Source: the human T2T-CHM13v2.0 reference genome, Homo sapiens. Taken from it: 64,000 nt of DNA. Numbering within the stretch: position 1 is the first letter of the stretch; each line of letters starts with the position of its first letter. Positions 14,338 through 28,200 of the stretch are shown piece by piece. A program made the position numbers and the translations under genes. Location: the NCBI RefSeq assembly GCF_009914755.1, contig NC_060929.1; one strand, written 5' to 3'. The notes under the pieces are model-generated. The model was given only the letters and a program-made list of their open reading frames with translations. It had not been told where the DNA came from and ran no database searches.

Positions 14338-14588
14338 TACCAACTCTGGGTCCTAAAACCTACCTGGTTCTAAAAGCAAGAATTTTCAACCCAAGCAACT
14401 GAGGCTTTAAAATGGCAGACATTTTCTTGGTTTGGGAGACACTGCCTGACATCCTCCAAAGAGTTTCTCCTGAACTTAGTCTCCCAAGATAATCCAGCCA
14501 TCCTAGAGTTTAATTCTTAAGCTTTCAACTCACCTTTAATAATACTGCATCTGTGTGCTTAATAATATGAGTGCTTATACAACTTAAA

Positions 14589-14804
14589 CAAGTTTTCTCA
14601 GCCTCAGCACTATTGACATTTTGACTGGTTAATAATTGTTCCCCGGTGGTGTCCTGTGTATCGTAGGCTATTTAGCAGAACCCCCGGATTTTACCCACTA
14701 GATGTCAGTAGTACCCCCTACTCCCAGTATGACAACCAAAAATGTCTTCAGACATTACTAAATGCCCACTAGGGGTCGAAATCACCCCCCCTTGAGAATC
14801 AGTG
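14589..14804 (-). mobile_element. MER20 (hAT-Charlie) DNA transposon
   Basis: Matches reverse-complement MER20 (tttctcagcctcagcactattgacatttt...cccactagatgtcagtag...ttgagaatcagtg). Confidence 0.85.
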
Positions 14805-14916
14805 AATTAAATAATTTAGGAAAATAAAATCGAAGAAAAGAGACTCATCCTGAGGCTATGCTGATGAGTTTGCCTAACCCATTTGCAAGAGAGAACACAG
14901 GGATGGTTTTTCTTAC

Positions 14917-15111
14917 CTTTCATAAATTCGAATGTTGGAGCAGTTTATTGCTTTATCAAAGCGGTGTCTCTTGAAGTCCTCCATGCCATCCTTGATCATG
15001 ATGACGAACAGGACAATGGCCAATGGTAACATGGTGATTTCTCTGTGGAAGACTTCCATGGAGGGCATCCAGTTCAAAATCACCAGGAACAGGAAATAGA
15101 GGTTAGCCCAT
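14917..15111 (-). CDS. ATP10B: ATP10B second canonical coding exon (195 nt), TM1-TM2: (R)[64 protein letters not shown](R)
   Basis: Manually translated (absent from the ORF track); acceptor cccctccag|A, donor GAAAG|gtaaga; phase 2-2, in frame with the previous exon; P4-ATPase KD..ED..R...D..IN motif. Confidence 0.96.
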
Positions 15112-15270
15112 CTGGAGGGGCAAGCGAAGTGTGAATAAACACTATGGAGAAGAAAAATGTACTTTCTCCCCCATTTCTTCCCTACTGTTTGGCCTTGATC
15201 AATTAAACCTTCTCTTTCAGTATCACCTCAAACATTATGGTAATGGATTTGAAGCCAAACCCATCTAGAT

Positions 15271-15507
15271 GTATTTATTATTTCCATAGATTATTGGGGA
15301 ACAGGTGGTGTTTGGTTACATGAGTAAGTTCTTTAGTGGTGATTTGTGAGATTTTGGTGCATCCATCACCCGAGCAGTATACTCTGCACCCAATTTGTAG
15401 TCTTTTATTCCTCTCCCCTTCTCACCCTTTCCCCCTAAGTCCCCAAAGTTTGTTTTGTCATGCTTATGGATGAGACTGGAGATGATTATTCTCAGGAATG
15501 GAAAACC
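15271..15507 (-). mobile_element. Short L1PB-like 3' fragment with an inverted 5' piece, inserted into a MIR
   Basis: Reverse L1PB 3'UTR followed by forward ggatgagactggagatgattattctc; flanks aaacccatctagat / aaaaccatttagat. Confidence 0.55.
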
Positions 15508-16319
15508 ATTTAGATTTAAATTCTGTTCCTGTTATTTACTCGTTGTGTGATTTTTTTGAGCTTATTTCCTCTTGCACAAAATGGGGATAGTATTATGGAC
15601 TTTAAAGGGGTCCCATAAATATTACATGATCTATAATATTTGCATGATATACAGTAGAGGGCTCTGGAGCATAGCAGTTGCTCAGTAAATGGTCACTTAT
15701 AATAATAATTACAATATTGAGGGTGATATATAAGCACATATTTTAACTTTTAATTTAAAATGATCTCATACATTATCTCAAAAGAGTTGCTGATGTTTTC
15801 AAGTTTTCCACGTGCATCTTGCTCTCTCTTGCCACAGTGCCTTTGCATGTGCAGGTCTGTCTGCAGGAACATTCTGCTGACTTCTGTCCATCCCTTTTCA
15901 CTCAGGTAATGCAGTCTCTCTTTCATGTTGTACTTCAATTCCCTGACTTTCTTAACTAGGCCAAGATTTCCTTATTATTCACTATAATAGCACCATATAC
16001 CTCTCCTTAGAAGTATCTATTGTAGTTACAACTTTATATCAATTTATATAATTAAAAAACTAATGTCTATCTCTTTTACTAGACAATATATTCAATAAGG
16101 ACAGTATCTCTCTGCCTCTCCATTTTTTTTATGTATCTCTAGCTCCCAGCTTATGGCCTGAGACAGCATAGAACCTGACAAATATTTGTTGAATGAAAGA
16201 ATGAATGAAAAAACTTCTTAAGACAAATGCATTTGGATATTAAAGGAAAGGTGGCCCCCAGAGGGTAGCATCTCTGAGTTTATCTAAGTGGTAAATACTT
16301 GTTTAAAATATGTATTGGT

Positions 16320-16607
<288 letters not shown>

Positions 16608-16637
16608 AGAGTATTGTTCAGACAAGTGGATCTCTAC

Positions 16638-16912
16638 CTATGAAATTGCTCAAAGAGATTCCGGGGCAGGAAGGTGAAGAGGGTGTATTTGGTTGTGCAG
16701 GTTCTGTTGCCAGGGTATCTCCTGGAGACCTCTTCCCAATCTTGATGGAATATGCTGTTGTTGGGGAACACGACCCGCTGCTGTGTCAAGTTGTAGCTCT
16801 GTCTCCCTTTCTCTGGAGAGAGCAGCGGTGTGGTTTCCGATGGACAATGGGGGAAGCCATCTCTGACTCTCCACTGCCACCGATGCCACGATGAGTCCAC
16901 TGAGAGGGCCAT
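16638..16912 (-). CDS. ATP10B: ATP10B first canonical coding exon, 275 nt CDS (exon 16638-16932 including 20 nt of 5'UTR); cytosolic N-terminus up to FEQFHR
   Basis: [12 protein letters not shown]...[20 protein letters not shown] has the P4-ATPase TTKY..F.P.NLFEQF motif; acceptor tgtgtctgttttcag|ATCT, Kozak gaaATGG, phase-2 donor CATAG|gtagag. Confidence 0.97.
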
Positions 16913-17041
16913 TTCCAGCAGCAGGCGAAGATCTGAAAACAGACACAGGAGGAGCTATGTTTAGGAGAAACGTGCAGCATGTTGGCCTGTTCATTTCTCC
17001 CCCATCCATGCAGGGTAGACACTGAAAGTAGTCTTAACCCA

Positions 17042-17176
17042 CACTTTGACCTACTTCCTTGTAACTAAAGGTCACTAGATCCTGACCATTTGCTTCCCTG
17101 TTGTTCCTAAAGATAGGATTTCTGACATTAGAGTCATAAGGATTTTGTTTAAGATTGAGTATCTGAGGTTAGAATC
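17042..17176 (+). repeat. 135-bp fragment matching the ERV1 LTR at 21294-21428
   Basis: Manual alignment: 8 mismatches in 135 nt (about 94%). Confidence 0.9.
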
Positions 17177-17597
17177 CCTATGTTCTAGGGTAACACACTA
17201 AACAAATAATCACATAAATAACATGCTCCTAACACTGGAATACGTGCCATGGGAGCATTGAAGTGGGTGGGACGTGCTTTTGGCCTAATTGGGGCTGTCA
17301 GGGATAGCTAAAGTGTGGCTTGCTGGGCTATGACCCTGCAGGTCAGAAGACTAGCTCTGGTTCAGTCCTAGTGGGGAGCTGTTCCTTCACCTTCAACTGA
17401 TCTCCAGCTTCCTCACTGTGAAATCAGGAACACTATTCTTTCTATACTTATTCCACAAGATTTTTGTGAGGAACAAATTGGATAGTACAGAAAAATATAT
17501 TGGGACACATCTTAAAACAAAGGAAAAGGTACCTATTCTTTAGGTTTTCTTTGGCGCTAACATTTTCTGATTCTGATGACATTTTCCAGAAACTCAC

Positions 17598-17781
17598 CTG
17601 TGGCCGGAACCTCAAAGGAGAGTGATAAGTAGAATAGATGGGAGAGGTTCTTTCCTAGGAAATTTGTCCATGAGGTGACTGGGCTGTGCTACTGTCCAGT
17701 CAGCTGGCTTTTCTTAATCTAGATGGCTGGAGTTGGGGATAGGGGATCCCTTTTCTTTTTCTCCACTCCATTTGGTGGTTT
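17598..17781 (-). other. ATP10B: Probable ATP10B 5'UTR exon (184 nt)
   Basis: Acceptor tggtttcag|AAACC and consensus donor CACAG|gtgagt, about 665 nt upstream of the first coding exon; consistent with the recalled multi-exon 5'UTR. Confidence 0.72.
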
Positions 17782-17843
17782 CTGAAACCAAGTACTTGAT
17801 TAAGCAGATGGTCTGCCCAGGTGGCAAAGAAATGCTGCTTTAC

Positions 17844-20206
<2,363 letters not shown>

Positions 20207-21221
20207 AAATGCTGCTTTACCTAGGAGTTTCCAGTTTCTGAACTCTTTTAAATAAACCCTACAAGCAAACTCTCAAGGTTCTTTTTGGCCAAATTTTTCT
20301 TAAAGACCCAGAAGGATATTATTCAAAGATACATTTTATAAAGTTAGAAGTTGTATATAATGGTCCTTCTCATGTAGTAGGCTCATAGGATAATTTTCTT
20401 TTGAATAAGTGGATGAGTGAATGTCAAGTACTATTAATCTTACAATTAATTACCCAGCTTGTCATGGTAAATATGATCACTTAGGAAAAAAAGTTTTATT
20501 TCTAGTTTAAATGGTAATATTTTACTTTCCTGATGCCCATATGATCTGACCCTCATCATAATTCTTCTCATAGCTTTCGTCAATCCAACTGATTTTCAGT
20601 CCACAGACCCCAAGCCTGCAGGAAGCTCTTCAGAGACTAAGTAAGCCCTTGTAGCAAGCCTGAAAAGGTAAATGTAATTACGGATGCCTATCATAATGTG
20701 ACCAAAAGCAACCTTATAACATTTAGCAAGCTGGAAATAATATTGTGTATCTTCTTTGCTATTATAAAAAATGCACCTTCATGGATTTCTTTTTTACTGC
20801 AAAGGAAAAGGAAATGAAAAGATAATTTATGAATAGCATTGAAAATGCAAATGAGAAATCTTGCCTTGGTTAATGCCATCCATATCAGACTTCTCTCACT
20901 ATTAGGTGGTAAGATCTTCTTAAATGAAGAGATTGGATTGATGTGGGAAATGTAGTTATTTTCGGTGGAGTAGGATTAAAAGTCCATTTATCATAAGAAT
21001 AGTCTTTACTTTTTTTAACCATGTAAGATGAGCTTCCTTAAAAGTAAAGCAGATATAACTTGGATGCCAAATTAGTGAATGAAAGTTTGATGAGGAACTA
21101 AATATTTATATAGTTTCAAAGTATCCTCCCCCAATATTATTCATTATAATGATAAAAAGAATCACTTTTTAGTGGAGAAATGTGGCAGACACCACCTTAC
21201 AACAGAGATCAAAGCAAGTAT

Positions 21222-21789
21222 TGAAGCTGTCCTCACAGGGCTAACAAGAATTCTGGACAGAAATAGAGTCATAACTAAGCATTAATCAGGCTGCACTTTG
21301 ACCTACTTCCTTGTAACTGAAAGTCACTAGATCCTGACCATTTGCTTCCCCATTGCTCCTAAAGATAGGATTTCTGACATTAGAGTCATAAGGGTTTTGT
21401 TTAAGATTGAGTTTCTGATGTTAGAATCATAAAGCTTTTGTTTAAGAATTGCTGAAGATGTTTTTCAGATTCTGAAGTCCGGTGAAACAGCTGACGCCAA
21501 CCAGTTTGAAGACCCCACATAGGAACAGAATCAGCATGAGGACAGTTTCTTCATCTGTCTGTCCTATGATTTCACCCTGCACTCTTTGACCAATCAACAA
21601 TCTTCACACTTCTGCCTGTTCTAAAACTCTTATAAACTTTAGCCCCAAACTCCTCACGGAGGTGGATTTGAGGTTTCCTCCCATCTCTTTATTCGGTAGC
21701 CCTCCAATTAAATCTCTTTCTCCTGCAACTTGACATCTTGGCATATTGATTTGCTGCACATATTGGGCGCTGGACCTATTATGGCTATA
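21222..21789 (+). mobile_element. Solo ERV1 LTR (LTR26-like) inserted into an old L1M remnant (about 20900-22230)
   Basis: TG...TA termini, 4-bp TSD gtat, TATA-like tataaa and ATTAAA signal. Confidence 0.75.
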
Positions 21790-22234
21790 GTATCACAAAT
21801 ATTGAGATAAAATGACATCTTTTGCCTCCTGATATGATGTATTGAGAACATGAGTTACCTCTCTGGTAGAAACACTAAAAAACCTCAAATTGGGGGGCTA
21901 TTCTATAAAACAACTGGCCTGTGTTTTTCAAGTGTAAATGGTCAAAAAAGGGGCAAAATAATTGTTTATGATTAAAATAAACTAAAAATAAAAACTAAAT
22001 GTAATGCATAATTCTCGGTTGAATCCTATACTAGAGGAAGATAAAATAGGTATAAAGGGCATTATTGGACAATGGGCAAAATCTGAATATAAACTACAGT
22101 TAGGTAATAGCATTTTAACAATCTCAAATTTCCTGATTTTGATAATTATATTGTGGTTATACATAAAAACACTCTTGGTTTTAGGAAATCCACCCCAAAG
22201 TATTTAGAGGTAAAGGGCAAGATGTTTCCATGGG

Positions 22235-22242
<8 letters not shown>

Positions 22243-22296
<54 letters not shown>
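22243..22296. repeat. (CA)27 microsatellite
   Basis: Perfect dinucleotide run. Confidence 0.97.
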
Positions 22297-22298
<2 letters not shown>

Positions 22299-22455
22299 GG
22301 TATAGTCAGGGAAGGGCTCGTGGGAAAAGGAACATTTATTTAAAGTTACCTGAAGAAACGCAGGAGTTAGCTAGGTAGAGAGGTTGGGGAAGAGTGCTCC
22401 AGGTAGAAGAACGAGTTCCAGAAACGGGAAGAAGTTCCTGAGGTGTTGCATAGAG

Positions 22456-22777
22456 CAGAGGTCTTCAACCTTTTTGGCACCAGGGACTGGTTTCATGGAA
22501 GACAATTTTTCCATGGACAGTGGTTGGGGGATAGTTTTGGGATGAAACTGTTCCACCTCAGATTATCAGGCATTCCTTAGATTCTCATAAGGAGGGCGTG
22601 ACCTAGATCCCTCGCATGCACAATTCACAATAGCATTGCATTCCTATGAGAATTTAATGTCTCCACTGATTTGACAGCAGGCAATGCTCGCCTGCCACTT
22701 ACCTCCTGCTGTGCAGCATGGTTCCCAACAGGCCATGGACTGCTATGGGCCCGTGGCCCAGGGACTGGGGACTCCTG
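22456..22777 (+). mobile_element. MER1B (hAT-Charlie)
   Basis: ctttttggcaccagggactggtttcatggaagacaatttttcc; 8-bp TSD-like gcatagag / gtgtagag. Confidence 0.85.
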
Positions 22778-23714
22778 GTGTAGAGTACATGGAACGGGAG
22801 ACAAAGAGTGGGCAGAAGCTGAGGCTGGAGAGACAGCCCAGGGTCAGATGGCCTGCTGAGGCTGTTATGCTGAGGGCAAGAGAGAGTCTGAAGAGTGCCA
22901 GGGAAATGACACATTGTGAGTGCGGATTCCAAGCATCATTCTGGCCGAAGCACATAAGGGTGGGCTGGAGGGACCGAAACTGGGGGCTAGAGGCAGCTCT
23001 TTGACCCACTGCCCCTCTCCCCTCCAAATAAAATACTTCTTCCTGAGAGTGGAACAGGAAACAAAGAGGGATTGCATAATCCCATTATCTGAGGTGTGGT
23101 TTATTGCTGCCTGCAGAAAGTTTAGGGTGGGGCACACCTGAAGAACTCCCTAAGTTCCTTCCAGTTGTAAAGCCTTTGTCTCATTCTAGATTTTTGAAAT
23201 GGCACCTCCCACTAAAAATAACTTGAGGATTACCTAATTTTGCTAATTTATACTCAGATCACCTCAGGCTTGAAGTGATAATCCTCTCAAGCACCAGCCT
23301 TATTCTCTTCTAGGTACAATGTCCTCTAGATGATAAGAAGACAATCCTATATGGGGGACCTTTAGCCTAACAAGCTGGGCTAACTTCAGTTTTTTGAGGA
23401 ATTCTGTTTCTCTCTCCCAAACTTTCTCCACGTTACCTGGCTCACATTTCCAATTGACTCCAGTTCCTTTCTGTTTCATTTTAATGAGCCCAAATAAACC
23501 CCATCTCTAGCAAGTTCCATTTTCACTGTTACGGGATAAATCAACTAGTCATTCATTCAATCAACAAATACTTATTGAATCCTCGTTTATATACCAGGTG
23601 AGTAAAACCTACCCATGCATCCCTTTCTGCCTGAGCTTACATTAGGTGTCTGGGAGATTTTAAACATACACGTTTAGAAATAAATATATATTCACCAACC
23701 AGGAAAAGTGCCAC

Positions 23715-24188
23715 TGTCAAAAGACAAAATCACAACAGGTTTAAAGATCTTAATTAACTTTATTTTTGGTTCTAAAATTGGGCAGCACTTCATTTCATAA
23801 AATATAATCAGCGTTCCAATGAGCTGAGCAGAGGAGATTGGCTTTATAGAAAGGGCTGAAGAAAGCAGAAACACAAAACAAAAATGATTTCGTCATTTCA
23901 AAATTAGTTTCCTTGTAAGGGAGGAACAGGAAACAGAACAATAGAAAAATAACTGACTGGGTAACATCAGGTTACTTTTATTGTAAGGATTAAAGGCAGG
24001 GGCAACTTCCTTTTCATACCAATTGAAACTGACCTATTTGGGAAATTATGTCTCTCTCTTGATTTCTCTGAAGGTTGATAACAATTTAGTTTTAGTTTAG
24101 TGAAAATGACTCCACTCTAATTTTTAGTCTAGTCTGTTGGGGCCTAGCTTTGTCCAAAACAATGGCCTCCTGTAATTTTTATTTAATA
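23715..24188 (-). mobile_element. Solo ERV1 LTR (MER31/MER67-like)
   Basis: Reverse strand begins attaaataaaaattacaggaggccattgttttggac; 4-bp TSD ccac. Confidence 0.7.
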
Positions 24189-24325
24189 CCACAAAAGAGA
24201 GAGGGTGCAGTGAGCACATTACAGAGGGATGGGACCTTGTGTCCCAAGAGGTGGGGCTTGAACTGAGATCAGGGAATGAGTGAGAGGTGGCTGGATGGAG
24301 TACTACTGTGTGTATATATGCGTGA

Positions 24326-24328
<3 letters not shown>

Positions 24329-24358
<30 letters not shown>
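24329..24358. repeat. (TG)n microsatellite
   Basis: About 14 TG units. Confidence 0.9.
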
Positions 24359-24363
<5 letters not shown>

Positions 24364-24951
24364 TGTGTTTCTGAAAGTAAGCATCCTAGGAAGACAAAGC
24401 CATAGTTGCAAGTCTTCTGTGGCTACAGTAAACATGTTGACTTCAAGAATGGATAGAAGACCCAAGTAGGCTAAAAAGCAGAAATAAGTCTTTACTAGAG
24501 AATTATTTTTCCTCCATACCCAATTCTCTAAAAAGCATATCAGTGGGTTAGGACTATGGGAGAAAAATCTATAAAATTAAGTTTAATCTATACTTAGATT
24601 ATTGATAAAATAATATAAAACCCTGATATTAGAATGAATTAGAATTTTAAAAAGTTTGGCCTTCAGTTAACTACAGGCGTTTTTAAAGCACTCTACCCTG
24701 AGGACAAAATGTGTAAATCGCAGGAAAAAAAAAGAAAAGATTTCCTATTAGATATCTAGTTAACAAATAATAACCACTGTAGAAGAAATAGTCTGGAGTT
24801 AGCAGATCTTCAAATCAATAAGTATATCAGTTTTTCACAAATTACAGTCATTCTTGAATCATCTTCTCAATTTTTACCACACCCAAATAGCATTTTTATT
24901 AAATGCAATATATTTTACTTTAGGTGAACTCACTTCTCAAAAGCTTCAATT

Positions 24952-25275
<324 letters not shown>

Positions 25276-28200
25276 TAAACCTTAATACCAAAATGAAGTG
25301 GTTTGACAGTATTGATATGTTTTTTTAATAGGCACTGACAGGAACTACTTTTATTAAAATAAAAACTCTTGATCCCTTATGACAACATTGGCCTACACCT
25401 CTATGTCTCTATTTGCTGTTCTGGGAACCAGGTTCAGAAACATCACCACTCACCCAGAAAGGATCAGTCATTTCCATTATTTGTGGCTTACCTACTAATG
25501 CAGGAAAGGCTGCTAACATGGTTTGCAAGTTTCTTCCCCTCAACACAAAGTCAAAACAATAACAACAACAACAAACAACAGGTTTTTCATCAACCCTGAA
25601 TTCAATAAAAAAACTCAGTGAGCCAGATTCCTATCCATGCACCCAAGCATTGTAGTAGATCAAGGAATGATTTGCAGTAAAACAATCTCATCATAAATTT
25701 CTTATCCATTTTGCTTTTTCTACTTATTTTGATTGGATTTGCTTGAGGAATGACCATCACTTAGTCTTTTACTGATTTTACCGAAACCCATTTACAGAGG
25801 AAGAAACAAAGATAAGGGGAATAGAGTGATTTCTCTGTAGAACTTGTCATTTCTTCCTAATCCATTTCAGTAAAAGCTATATTTATTAGAATACAAAATG
25901 TCCTTTTTCCACATTTTAATAAATTTTTGAAACTAGATTGTTTCACACAATTGCTATGTTAGTGTTTATTTACTTACACTCACAAAGTATTATTAAATTG
26001 ATGACATTTTAGATTCAAAAAAGATATCTAGTTGCAGACAAATATGCCAGAAAACAGAAATTGCCATTTGAAAGACCCTCCATAAGTTTTGTAGTGTGGA
26101 CCTGCCCAGGAAAATTCAGTGAGGCCTTCGTGGGAAAGGAATAGTCTTAGCGGAGACCTTATTCTGCAGTGGAGTTTGGATAGGCTAGAAGACTTGGGGA
26201 AGGCCGAACTTTAGCATTCCCATTTGCACTGTACTCAGCTACAGGCATCTACATATAGCTGCTTGTATGGAATCAGTTCTTATGAGCACAAAAAAGTGCT
26301 CTGTCCTTCCCAATGGGAAGAACAAGAGCTGTGATTGTGCCTTATTCACAGGCTACAAAACATGTCCTATAATTAGGATGCCAGAAGCTGACTTCCTCTA
26401 GAGAGAAAGAAACATTAAGAAGAAATGTATGCAGGGTGGGGTGGGGTGGGGATTGTTGTCTTTGGTTGGTAAAAGTGGGGACTAGTGGAAAAGAGAGAGT
26501 GAGAAAGAAATAGCAACCACCTAAAATAAAATTAATGAAAGGATGCAGTTCTGTAGAAGATAATTAAAATACATGATAAATGTAATCCTATAGAATGGGC
26601 CTTTGTGGGAAAGGAAAGATGGAAGGAGAGTCTGTTCCATAACTCAAGCATCTTCAGCATGCCACACTCAGCCCTCATCACTAGTCCTTGAGTCAATTAA
26701 AGCTTTTAACCCCCGATTGGTTTTCTCCTAGCTCCCCAACTCATAAGAGCTTTACTCCAACAGATTTCCAAAGATGAATATTTTTTTAACAGACAAGAAA
26801 ATATTTCTCATCTGCCACATTACACTTTATCACCTGCCAAGTTCATTAGAGTTTAGAGTCTCACAAATTATCTTGCAAGCTAGTCTCCAATTTGGTGTAT
26901 TTGGAGCTCGGATTTCTCCCTCGAACTTTACATCAAAATATCCTACTGCTCATGTGCCATTTCTACTTGTTTTCTAGGTATTTCAACTTTAACATTGTAA
27001 AACTCTTGGATTCTCTCCAAAATTCACTTTAGTTCCAGGAGTACCCATTTCCGTGAATAGCATCTCTGTTTACCTTAATGACTTAAGAGTAACCTTTGAC
27101 CTCTCTTTCATTTACTACAGCCAATCTATTTTTAAGTTTTATCCATTTTTTCCCTTTAAATATTTTTCAAATCCATTTTCTTCTTAACCACTGCTCCTGG
27201 CCAAGCCACTATTTTTAAGTGTCGCAGATACTGTTGAGATTAATATATTATAATTTTATTCAAAGGCATTATTAATTTTATGGTAGGATTTGCAATTATA
27301 TATTTTCTCGATTAATTAATACCAGAATTATAGCTACTATCAGGCAGAAGTTGTAAATTCTTTGATGACAGAAGAGATCTTTCACACACTGGTGTGCTAA
27401 AGACATTTGGACACATTGGTATTGTAAAGGGAGCCCAGAACTGAAAGCAGGGTACAAGGTGAAGTGCAGAGAGGAAAATCAGTGATGCAGAGTCCCTGAC
27501 ATAATAAAATGGTTGGGAGATGAGATATATATATATACATGGAAAGGTACTGAATAGGCTACCAATGGGAAATTGAAAGAATGGCAGACAGTAAGGACCA
27601 GAAGTTGTTAGAGATGTAAGAAAACACAGTTGACTGAGAAGGACAAGGCAAGCATCTTGGGGAAGTAGAAATAGCCAATTAGTGAATTAGAGAGTTGAGT
27701 AGCCAGAGGCAGGCGTGAATCCAGAAAGCACAAGAATAGGCAAATGAGAAGCTTCACTTCTCATCCCCATGTCAGACCCCCTGAATCAGAAGTTCTGGGG
27801 ATGGGGGTGGAAAATCTGCACTCTTCACCAGCTCCTAGGTCATTCTAATGTAGGGGTTGCCAAATAGCAAATCTGGAGAGACACTGCCTTTTATGCTCAC
27901 CTATGTGTTCTCCCTTGAAAACTCGAACTACCTTTTCCCATTTTCTTCCCTTTATTCTAAGCCTGATCTCCCAGGTATCTTCCTAATGAAAGGCAAAATA
28001 TCTTGGGAAATAAAAAGACAGTGCAGGCAATATTTCCTTTGTGAGAGACAGGTAAAATGAGATGCATAATTTCATTTTTAACATCCCTCTAGGCAGAAAT
28101 GTGATTTCACTTAAAAATTGTTTTATAGATTCTTTTGGTATGTTTTACTGACAAAATAATTAAGTTGGATCTAATTAAAAGTAAATAAATCCCTCACAGA

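Noticed and set aside
12839-14607. 122-bp direct repeats as the scar of the duplication that created the alternative exon
   Set aside because: The repeats are about 87% identical and include MER20 sequence, whereas the two modules are far more diverged; the ages do not match.
16640-17022. Overlapping ORFs 16640-16894 (+), 16650-17009 (-) and 16786-17022 (-)
   Set aside because: Alternative-frame or antisense shadows of the real exon; the minus-strand starts lie in the intron upstream of the acceptor at 16932.
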